Source of the DNA: an uncultured Alphaproteobacteria bacterium
GTDB taxonomy: Bacteria; Pseudomonadota; Alphaproteobacteria; CAVTAV01
Length of the DNA: 64,000 bases
NCBI GenBank assembly: GCA_963732795.1
Contig: CAVTAV010000006.1
Location: 11,069-75,068, forward strand
Reading direction: 5' to 3'
Position numbers and translations under genes: made by a program. Below, piece by piece: positions 12,323 to 22,552 of the stretch (the first letter of the stretch is position 1; each line of letters opens with the position of its first letter). The notes below the pieces were generated by a model. It saw only the letters and a program-made list of their open reading frames with translations, made no database searches and had not been told where the DNA came from.

Positions 12323-14388
12323 TTCTCTGCCTTGTTTCCCGTCTTGTCGGCCGTTTTGGGCTCGTCCTTGTTCAGCACGTCCACGATATAGGTCGCCACG
12401 TCCACGATGTCCTGGTCGGTAAAGACGCCCTTGAAGGCCGGCATGTCGTTCCTGCCGTTGGTCACGACATTGACGATTGTCGGGACGTCATGCAGCTCCT
12501 TGAGCGACTTGCCGCCATGGGTGCCGTAGCCGTCGGGGCCGTGGCAGAAGACGCAGCCGTTGGAATAAACCTGTCCGCCCGTATAGGTGTCGCCCTTCTT
12601 GAGCGCGGCGGTATCGGTTTTCGCGGCGGCCGCTGCCGGCGCGGCGGCCTGCTCGCTGACGGGTCCGAGCGTGCCGTCGAGCGAGAACAGCCAGAGATCG
12701 TCGCCGTGCTTGCTGCCCATGATCAAATTGCCCGCGGAATAGGCCACGACCATCTGCTTGCCGTTATGCTCGAAGATACTCGGGCTGGCATTCGCGCCCG
12801 CGCCGGTCTGGAACTCCCAGAGCGGCTTGCCGGTCGAGCTATCAAACGCCATGAAGCGTCCATCGTTCCGGCCGAGAAAGATCAACCCGCCTTTGGTCAC
12901 CGCCGAACCGCTATAGCACTGGTCGCCCCATTGCCGCCGCCAGGCGAGCTTGTTGGTGGTGACGTCGACCGCCGCGAAGATGCCCAAGGGCTTTTGCGGC
13001 GCCATCTCCGGCCCGCCCCGGATCTGGCCGCCACGAAAAAGCTGAATCTGCTGAGTGGCGCAGACGAACAGCAGATGCTTTTCGGGGTCGTAGGAGCTTG
13101 GCGGCCAATTCGCCCCGCCCGCCAGGGACGGCGTGATCGGCACCTTCTTGTCGAAATAGGGCGTAAAGATGCGGCCGTGATTGACGAGGTCGTATTTCTC
13201 GAGATCCATCGGGACTTCGTGAGGCACGATGGCGTCGCCGACGGGATAGGGCTGGGTCGCGGCGGTGGCCTGGCGCGGCTCCTGAGGGACCGGCTTCTCC
13301 ACGACGCCGACGAGCGGCTTGCCGGTCTCGCGGTCGAGGATATAGGCCCAGCCGGTCTTGCCGACCTCGACCAGACCCTTGCGCATCCTGCCGTCGATCA
13401 TCGTGTCGAACAGGATCACCGGATTGGGCGCGTCGTAATCCCAGAGATCGTGATGTACCTCCTGGAAATGCCATTTGTATTTGCCGGTCTTGGCGTCGAT
13501 CGCGACGATCGAGGAGGTGAACAGATTGTCGCCCGCGCGGTCAGCGCCGACAAAGTCCGGCGCGGCGTTGCCAGTCGAGAAATAGATCAGCCCGAGCTCG
13601 GGATCGACGGCCGGCGTCTGCCAGAGGGGCGCGCCGCCATGCATCCAGGCGTCATTGTCCTGGGGCCAGGTATCGTGACCGATTTCGCCGGGACCGGGGA
13701 TGGCGTTGAAGGTCCAGATCAGCTTGCCGTTCTTGGCGTTATACGCTTTCACCTTGCCGCGAATGCCGTATTCGCCGCCGGCGAAGCCGATGATCACCAT
13801 GCCGTTGTAATACAAGGGCGCGTTGGTGATGGTGTAGCGGTCCTGCCAGCGCTCGGCCTGGACCGACCAGATCTCCTTGCCGGTCTTCTGATCGAGCGCC
13901 ACGAGCTTGCCGTCGAGCTGGCCGACGAAGATCTTGCCCGCCCCGAGCCCGACGCCCCGGCTGGTCCAGCCGCAGCAGACGGCGTTGTTGTGCTCGTCGA
14001 GATGGGATTGGTAGCGCCACAGAATCTCGCCGCTATCGACGCTCACCGCGAACACGTCGTCCGCGCCGGTGACGACATAGATCACGCCGTCATAGACGAT
14101 CGGCTGAGCCTCGCCGGAATATTTCGGCCCGGCGCCCGAGCCCTCCAGATGGATATGCCAGACGCCTTTGAGATCCTTCACATTGTCGCGGTTGATCTGG
14201 TCAAGCGGCACATAGCGCTGGTTGAACACGGTCCGACCATTGGTGATCCAGCCCGAGGTCATGCCCGCCTGCAACTGCGCCGCCTTGAACGCCGGTGCCG
14301 GCTTGATATCGGCCGCGTTTCCCGCCGGCCCGAACGCCACGCCCATCAGCAAGGCGGCCCCCACCGCCAAGACCGATCGAATCCCCAT
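12319..14388 (-). CDS. PQQ-dependent dehydrogenase with C-terminal cytochrome c domain (quinohemoprotein), paralogue 2
   Basis: Intact 689-aa ORF. Signal peptide MGIRSVLAVGAALLMGVAFGPAGNAA, AVCCGWTSRGV, HHDLWDYDAP, CVFCHG...NDMPAF. Strong SD (AAGGAGG) before the ATG. The stop overlaps the paralogue-1 start (ATGA 12319..12322). Confidence 0.9.
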   Translation of the reverse strand: MGIRSVLAVGAALLMGVAFGPAGNAADIKPAPAFKAAQLQAGMTSGWITNGRTVFNQRYVPLDQINRDNVKDLKGVWHIHLEGSGAGPKYSGEAQPIVYDGVIYVVTGADDVFAVSVDSGEILWRYQSHLDEHNNAVCCGWTSRGVGLGAGKIFVGQLDGKLVALDQKTGKEIWSVQAERWQDRYTITNAPLYYNGMVIIGFAGGEYGIRGKVKAYNAKNGKLIWTFNAIPGPGEIGHDTWPQDNDAWMHGGAPLWQTPAVDPELGLIYFSTGNAAPDFVGADRAGDNLFTSSIVAIDAKTGKYKWHFQEVHHDLWDYDAPNPVILFDTMIDGRMRKGLVEVGKTGWAYILDRETGKPLVGVVEKPVPQEPRQATAATQPYPVGDAIVPHEVPMDLEKYDLVNHGRIFTPYFDKKVPITPSLAGGANWPPSSYDPEKHLLFVCATQQIQLFRGGQIRGGPEMAPQKPLGIFAAVDVTTNKLAWRRQWGDQCYSGSAVTKGGLIFLGRNDGRFMAFDSSTGKPLWEFQTGAGANASPSIFEHNGKQMVVAYSAGNLIMGSKHGDDLWLFSLDGTLGPVSEQAAAPAAAAAKTDTAALKKGDTYTGGQVYSNGCVFCHGPDGYGTHGGKSLKELHDVPTIVNVVTNGRNDMPAFKGVFTDQDIVDVATYIVDVLNKDEPKTADKTGNKAEK

Positions 14389-14516
14389 AGTGCCTCCTTA
14401 AGACCTTATTGCTGCGCGTGCCGCGCGTTCAGGGGCCATAGAACCATCATCGCGGAGTGACGCAAAGTGAAATCAAGTCGCAGCGGGACGAAACGCGGCC
14501 CTCGTTGGCTGCGCGC

Positions 14517-15020
14517 TCACGCTCTCAAATCCTCGCTGCCCCATGCTTGCGTGTTGGCGAAGATTTCCGTGTAGGGCTGGTCCTTCAATAAGGCATCCAC
14601 CGCCTTGGCGAAGGAAGGCTCGAAATAGTTTCGGCCGGCCACCTGCCACCATCGCTCGCTGCGTTTGGTCTTGAGCATGGCTCGTATCGCCGGAGCCTGG
14701 CCGTTCCATGCGTTCTGCTCGGCGGCGCCTGCTTTATGTTGCCGCCATACGTATTCCATCTGGTACATGAACGTCCGAAGAAAAGCGTTGAGCCGAACCG
14801 TCTCTTCCGGCCGCAACGGCTCCAGCTTCACGAAGGATAGAACGATGTCCGGATGATCTATGGAAGTCCGGAAAGCAGCCCTCGTCTCGCTCTCTATAGC
14901 GAGCCGAGTAGCGGCGTGTTCCGCTGCGGTGTTCTGCCTGATCTCGACTGCCAGATAGATCAGTGTTCCCAGCACGGCTATCGAGCTGAGCAGCTGGCTC
15001 CATGTTGCCACGTCCGTCAT
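14517..15020 (-). CDS. hypothetical single-pass membrane protein (uncharacterised family, P1)
   Basis: ORF 14517..15110. Start taken at the ATG at 15020, preceded by GGAGGA. MTDVATWSQLLSSIAVLGTLIYLAVEIRQNT... and C-terminal RWWQVAGRNYFEPSFAKAVDALL. Distant paralogue of the 15192..15710 gene. Confidence 0.6.
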   Translation of the reverse strand: MTDVATWSQLLSSIAVLGTLIYLAVEIRQNTAAEHAATRLAIESETRAAFRTSIDHPDIVLSFVKLEPLRPEETVRLNAFLRTFMYQMEYVWRQHKAGAAEQNAWNGQAPAIRAMLKTKRSERWWQVAGRNYFEPSFAKAVDALLKDQPYTEIFANTQAWGSEDLRA

Positions 15021-15191
15021 TGTCGTGATCCTCCCCCTCGTCGGTTGGTTTCGTCCCGGCCGAGTATAGAGGGAAAGGTTGCGGGCGAACCTGGGAATAT
15101 CGGCCCCCAACCAGGGCTTACTGGCCCGTCATGCACCGGTCCCGACTTGTGATACCGTCAGGTTCACCGTCGTTCTCAAAGGGGGCCAACC

Positions 15192-15710
15192 ATGCAATTC
15201 ACTCTCGCCGATTTTTCGGATCTCGCGCAGGTCGTGGGTGCTCTCGCCGTGGTGATCTCGCTCGCTTATGTGGCCACCGAGGTCCGCCACAGCGCGAGCG
15301 CGGTCCGCGCGGCATCCGGAAATGCCGCCAACCTGGCGCTTCAGAACGTGTATTTGGAGGTCGGGTCGAACCTGCAATGCAGTAGTCTTATGCTCAGGGG
15401 ATTGACCTCCCAGGAACCCTTGCTGCGAGACGAAGAATTCCAGTTCCTCATGATGCTCCATGGTTTCTTGATGGCCATGCAAAACAGCTATTTTCTTGCG
15501 TTGGAAGGTACCATCGACCCGGAGCTTCGCGAGGCCCTGACGGTGAGCATCATGTCGGTCAAGGATTTGCCCGGTTTCTCCCGCTTTTGGCGGCAGCGGC
15601 GGAATTACTATCTGCCGGGTTTCACGAGCTATGTCGAAGGGCTCCTGGCGCGCCCGCCCAAACAGACGCTCGACGTTTACGGGATGGAGACGCCGTCGGC
15701 CATCGGCTAG
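15192..15710 (+). CDS. hypothetical single-pass membrane protein (same uncharacterised family, P2)
   Basis: ORF 15192..15710. LAQVVGALAVVISLAYVATEVRHS... and C-terminal FSRFWRQRRNYYLPGFTSYVEGLL. Same architecture as P1 and divergently oriented. Confidence 0.6.
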   Translation: MQFTLADFSDLAQVVGALAVVISLAYVATEVRHSASAVRAASGNAANLALQNVYLEVGSNLQCSSLMLRGLTSQEPLLRDEEFQFLMMLHGFLMAMQNSYFLALEGTIDPELREALTVSIMSVKDLPGFSRFWRQRRNYYLPGFTSYVEGLLARPPKQTLDVYGMETPSAIG

Positions 15711-15840
15711 CGCCGCGTCGCGGCGCGTTCCGCTGCGATATTCTGCCTGGTCTCGATCGCCAGATAGATCAATGTCCCCGGCACCGCGATCGAGCTGAGT
15801 AGCTGGCTCCATGTCGCCACGTCCGTTATCGTCGGCCTCC
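15708..15840 (-). pseudogene. dead 5' fragment of a P1-like gene (SD + about 38 codons; ATG mutated to ATA)
   Basis: Roughly 85-90 % nt identity by eye to 14908..15034 (the P1 SD and 5' end). Reads I-TDVATWSQLLSSIAVPGTLIYLAIETRQNIAAERAATRR-stop. Its TAG shares the CTAG at 15707..15710 with the P2 stop. Confidence 0.7.
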
Positions 15841-15915
15841 AATTGATGCACGCGTGATCGCGCCTGACGAGAATATAGGTGCACAGGCATCAAGGCATGC
15901 CGGCTCCGAACCTAT

Positions 15916-15930
15916 GTTCTTGATATGTTC
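15916..15930 (+). promoter_or_regulatory. candidate alphaproteobacterial LexA (SOS) box GTTC-N7-GTTC
   Basis: GTTCTTGATATGTTC lies 27 nt upstream of the ATG of the radical SAM gene. It is preceded by GAAC (15908..15911), giving GAACCTATGTTCTTGATATGTTC. Confidence 0.5.
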
Positions 15931-15956
15931 TCGCGCGAGGCATATCCTATCCAATT

Positions 15957-17051
15957 ATGGAACGCATCCACGACTCCGGCTTCACCCATCCCGACCGCAA
16001 GCGCGGGCGCGGGGCGAGGAGCAATGCCTCCGGGCGGTTCGAGACGACCGCGCGGGTCGCGTTCGACGACGGCTGGTCGAGCCTCGACGAGGATCCGCCG
16101 CCCTTACGCACCGAGGTCCAGGTCGATGCCAGCCGGTCGATCATCACGTCCAACAACTCGCCCGACATTCCCTTCGATCAGTCGATCAATCCCTATCGCG
16201 GCTGCGAGCACGGCTGCATCTATTGCTATGCCCGGCCAACCCATGCCTGGCTCGGCCTTTCGCCGGGGCTCGATTTCGAAAGCCGCCTCTTCTTCAAGCC
16301 GAACGCGGCGGCGCTTCTCGAAGCCGAGCTGTCGAACCCGCGCTATCAGCCCAAGCTGATCGCCATCGGCACCAACACCGATCCCTATCAGCCGATCGAA
16401 CGCGAGCGGGAAATCATGCGGGGCATTCTGGAGGTGCTGGACAAGTTCCGGCACCCGGTCGGCATCACCACCAAATCCTGTCTCGTCATGCGCGACATCG
16501 ATATCTTGAAGCGCATGGCTGCGCGTCATCAGGCCAAGGTGTTCCTCTCGGTCACGACCCTCGACCGCCATCTCGCCCGCAAGATGGAGCCGCGCGCCTC
16601 GACGCCGGGCCGGCGGATCGATGCGATCAAGGCGCTGGCCGATGCCGGCATTCCCGTCGGCATGATGGTCGCGCCGATCGTCCCCGGCCTTACCGACCAT
16701 GAGATCGAATCCATCCTCGAAGCCGGCCGCGCGGCGGGGGCGCAGGAAGCGGGCTATGTGATGTTGCGGCTTCCCCTGGAGATCAAGGCGCTGTTCGAGG
16801 AATGGCTCCAAGAAGCCGCACCCTTGCGTGCCGAACGCGTTCTCGATCTCGTGCGCGGCGTGCGCGACGGCAGCATGAACAAGATGGAGTGGGGCAAGCG
16901 CATGTCCGGCACCGGCCCCTATGCCGCCCTCATCGCCAAGCGCTTCGAGATCGCCAGGAAGCGCCTCGGCTTCGGGGATCGCACGAGCGGTCTCGACGTA
17001 TCGCATTTCCGCCGTCCGCCGAAGGCCGGAGACCAACTGAGCTTGTTTTGA
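15957..17051 (+). CDS. PA0069-family radical SAM protein (SplB/DNA-repair-photolyase-like, COG1533)
   Basis: Intact 364-aa ORF. RGRGARSNASGRFE, INPYRGCEHGCIYCYARPTH (CxxxCxxC), GTNTDPYQPIERE, MVAPIVPGLTDHE. Confidence 0.88.
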   Translation: MERIHDSGFTHPDRKRGRGARSNASGRFETTARVAFDDGWSSLDEDPPPLRTEVQVDASRSIITSNNSPDIPFDQSINPYRGCEHGCIYCYARPTHAWLGLSPGLDFESRLFFKPNAAALLEAELSNPRYQPKLIAIGTNTDPYQPIEREREIMRGILEVLDKFRHPVGITTKSCLVMRDIDILKRMAARHQAKVFLSVTTLDRHLARKMEPRASTPGRRIDAIKALADAGIPVGMMVAPIVPGLTDHEIESILEAGRAAGAQEAGYVMLRLPLEIKALFEEWLQEAAPLRAERVLDLVRGVRDGSMNKMEWGKRMSGTGPYAALIAKRFEIARKRLGFGDRTSGLDVSHFRRPPKAGDQLSLF

Positions 17052-17150
17052 GAAGCCGGGGAGAGGTGGGGCTTGTCGGGGAGAAAAGACGTTGGACGCT
17101 CGAACACAGAGTGTTACCAAGAATCCAACGCTCCCAATCCCGGTCCCGCC

Positions 17151-20051
<2,901 letters not shown>

Positions 20052-20075
20052 GCCGGTCTACTATCACGAACAGCT

Positions 20076-20564
20076 ATGAGCGACGCAACGAACAAGCCCA
20101 AAGGCAACGGGCAGAACGACAAACGGTCGGGCCTCGGCGCCCAGACGGTCAGCCGCACCTTGTCCAAAGTCGTGAGCCGGGCCTTCGGCCGCCAGGGCTT
20201 CGCCGAGCCGGGCGTGCTGCTGCGCTGGCCCGAGATCGTCGGTGAAACCCTGGCGCGCTTCTCGCTGCCCGAGCGGCTGACCTTCCCCCACGGCGAGCGC
20301 AGCCGGGGCACTTTGCATCTCCGCGTCGACGGCCAGTTCGCCCTCGAGCTCCAGCATCTGGAGCCCCTGATCATCGAACGCATCAACGGCTTTTTCGGCT
20401 ATGGCGCCGTCGCCCGGATCGCCATCCTCCAGGCGCCGATCCCGGAGCGCGCGGTCCCCGAGAAACCCAAGCAGCGCAAGCCCGCGCCCGAAATCGATCC
20501 CGCCCTTGAGGGCGACGATCTCGATTCGGCGCTCCGCCGCCTGGCCACGCATATCATCGAGTGA
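20076..20564 (+). CDS. DUF721 domain protein (DciA-like)
   Basis: ATG at 20076 within ORF 19548..20564. LLRWPEIVGETLARFSLPERLTF...GTLHLRVDGQFALELQHLEPLIIERINGFFGYGAV. Divergent from mutY, with a 24-nt spacer. Confidence 0.75.
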   Translation: MSDATNKPKGNGQNDKRSGLGAQTVSRTLSKVVSRAFGRQGFAEPGVLLRWPEIVGETLARFSLPERLTFPHGERSRGTLHLRVDGQFALELQHLEPLIIERINGFFGYGAVARIAILQAPIPERAVPEKPKQRKPAPEIDPALEGDDLDSALRRLATHIIE

Positions 20565-20611
20565 TTTTTGCCGGTATACTGCCGCACGGGTCGCAAACCT
20601 CGGAGGAAACC

Positions 20612-20910
20612 ATGGAGAGCAGGCTACTTCGCCGTTTGATGCTCGGGCTCGCCGCCCTTCTGCTCACCGTCGGCATCAAGGCCGGCGCCAGCGCCGCCGA
20701 GGCGGGCTCGCAGGCTCAGATGGTGTCCATGCTTCCCGACAGGGCGCTCGGGGATCAGAACGCGCCGGTCAACATGATCGAATATGCTTCGACGAGTTTG
20801 GCGTCAACGAAACGCCGGAAATCTACTTAAACGGCCGCAAATTCACCGGATATCGCGGAACTTTCGCGAGTTTGGATGAGAAACTGCAGCGGCTTCTGGC
20901 CAAAATATAG
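20612..20910 (+). pseudogene. decayed DsbA-family thiol:disulfide oxidoreductase remnant (internal deletions, CxxC lost)
   Basis: Good SD (GGAGGA) + ATG at 20612. Signal peptide and MLPDRALGDQNAPVNMIEYA match the two downstream paralogues. The CPHCAH segment and most of the fold are then missing. The C-terminal FGVNETPEIYLNGRKF...LDEKLQRLLAKI is in another frame, ending at 20910. Confidence 0.75.
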
Positions 20911-20929
20911 GGTTACGGATGTGGTTGGA

Positions 20930-21640
20930 ATGATGCGGATACGACTTCAGCTTTTTGCGAAACGCGCGGCGGTCACCGCCCTGGCGGCGGGCGCTCTGAT
21001 GATCGGCGGCCAATCCTTCGCCGATCCCACGCCGCCCGCATCGAACCCCGCGCCGTCGCAGCCGGCCGAGGAGACCGGGACCCTCACCATCCCCGACATG
21101 ACGCTGGGAGACCAGAAGGCCCCGATCAATCTCATCGAATATGCGTCCATGACCTGCCCGCATTGCGCCCATTTCGACGAGGAGGTCTTCCCCAAGCTCA
21201 AGAAGAACTACATCGACACGGGCAAGGTCTATTACGTGTTCCGCGAGTTCCCGCTGGACGGCGTCGCGCTCAGGGCCTCCATGGTCGCGCGCTGCTTGGA
21301 CAAGGACCACTTCTTCAACTTTATCCACACCCTGTTCCGTACCCAGGCCACCTGGGCGGACCCGGAGGTTTGGAACAACGAAAAGACTCCGATCGAGGAG
21401 AAGCTGACCCCCATGGCGAATATCGCCCAGCAGCAGGGCGGCCTCAGCCGCGCAGAGTTCGACAAATGCGTCGCCGACCAGACCATGGGGAAGCAGATCG
21501 CGATGCAGGAGGAACGCGGCCGCACGGTTTTCAATGTCCCCGGCACGCCGGCGATCTATGTCGACGGCAAATTCTTCGCCCAGGGCAACGACTTCATGGC
21601 CCTCGACGCCTATCTCAAGCAGCTTCTCGCGCAAAAATAG
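20930..21640 (+). CDS. DsbA-family periplasmic thiol:disulfide oxidoreductase (paralogue 2)
   Basis: ORF 20876..21640, start taken at MMRIRL (20930). Signal peptide, IEYASMTCPHCAHFDEEVFPKLKKNYIDTGKVYYVFREFPLD, GTPAIYVDG. Confidence 0.85.
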   Translation: MMRIRLQLFAKRAAVTALAAGALMIGGQSFADPTPPASNPAPSQPAEETGTLTIPDMTLGDQKAPINLIEYASMTCPHCAHFDEEVFPKLKKNYIDTGKVYYVFREFPLDGVALRASMVARCLDKDHFFNFIHTLFRTQATWADPEVWNNEKTPIEEKLTPMANIAQQQGGLSRAEFDKCVADQTMGKQIAMQEERGRTVFNVPGTPAIYVDGKFFAQGNDFMALDAYLKQLLAQK

Positions 21641-21748
21641 CCCCAACTTGCCCATTGACCTGCGCCCGATTTCGCGCCATCAGACCCGCCCGCAGGTCTA
21701 TTGTGGCATCCGGTCGCATGCCTATAATGGCGGCCGGTTTTATATGAG

Positions 21749-22481
21749 TTGGGCAAGATGATGGGCGTGAAGACTATTCGATGGGCGGGACGGGGCGTCG
21801 CCGCCGGAATCCTGGGCGCGGCGCTGCTTTTGGCCGCGGGCTGCAGCAAGTCCGCCAATGACGCGTCCGATTTCGAGCGCTGCCGACAGCGGCAAATCAG
21901 TGCTTGGCGCCAGCGAGAAGATCGAGCAGCTTCCCGACATGTCGCTCGGCGATCCGAAGGCGCCGGTCAAGATCATCGAATACGCCTCCATGACCTGCCC
22001 GCACTGCGCCCATTTCGACGAAGAGATCTTTCCCGAACTCAAGAAGAACTACATCGACACCGGCAAGGTCTATTACACCTTCCGCGAGTTCCCGCTGGAC
22101 GGCATCGCGCTCCGCGCCTCCATGGTCGCGCGCTGCGTCGGCCCGGATCATTTCTTCGGCTTCATCCACGGCCTGTTCCATACCCAATATACCTGGGCGA
22201 ACCCTGATCTCTGGAACAACGACAAGAAGACCGTCGAGGAGAAGCTGACGCCGCTCGCCACCATCGCCAAGGAGCAGGCGGGGATGGACCGGGCGGATTT
22301 CGACAAATGCATCCAGGACCAGAAGCTGCAGAAACAGGTCACGATGCAGGCGAAGCGCGGCGTGGACGATTTCAAGGTCAACGGCACGCCGTCGATCTAC
22401 ATCAACGGCGAGCAATTCAAGGAAGTCGGCAGCTATGAGGCGCTGGACTCTCGCCTGAAGGAAGTCTTGGGCGGGAAATGA
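21749..22481 (+). pseudogene. DsbA-family thiol:disulfide oxidoreductase, lipoprotein-type signal (paralogue 3), one frameshift near 21870
   Basis: ORF 21749.. gives MGKMMGVKTIRWAGRGVAAGILGAALLLAAGCSKS (lipobox). The body is in ORF 21858..22481: IEYASMTCPHCAHFDEEIFPELKKNYIDTGKVYYTFREFPLD, GTPSIYINGE. Confidence 0.8.
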
Positions 22482-22491
22482 TCCGCGGAGA

Positions 22492-22500
22492 TGGTATAAT
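22492..22500 (+). promoter_or_regulatory. possible extended -10 promoter element (TGGTATAAT) upstream of smc
   Basis: TGnTATAAT match lying 53 nt upstream of the smc GTG, in the 71-nt dsbA-smc spacer. No convincing -35. Confidence 0.3.
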
Positions 22501-22552
22501 TCCGCGCCGGTAGGCTTTCTGTATTCATTGTCTTTTGTGGCGGGGCACTCGG

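Noticed and set aside
10213-14388. The WDYD motif in both PQQ dehydrogenases as a lanthanide-dependence signature (an extra Asp two residues after the catalytic Asp, as in XoxF/PedH).
   Set aside because: The same D-x-D spacing occurs in Ca/Mg-dependent glucose-dehydrogenase-type PQQ enzymes (HHDLWDMD). The motif is diagnostic only within the MxaF/XoxF-ExaA clade, and these proteins do not obviously belong to it.
12286-14460. Very long ORFs antisense to real genes (12286..14460 +, 23712..25892 -, 16104..17741 -, 41365..43107 +, 10786..11733 +, and others).
   Set aside because: They mirror well-supported genes on the opposite strand and are Arg/Ala/Gly/Pro/Asp-rich with no recognisable motifs. 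They are the usual stop-codon-poor antisense frames of high-GC DNA, not a hidden overlapping gene system.
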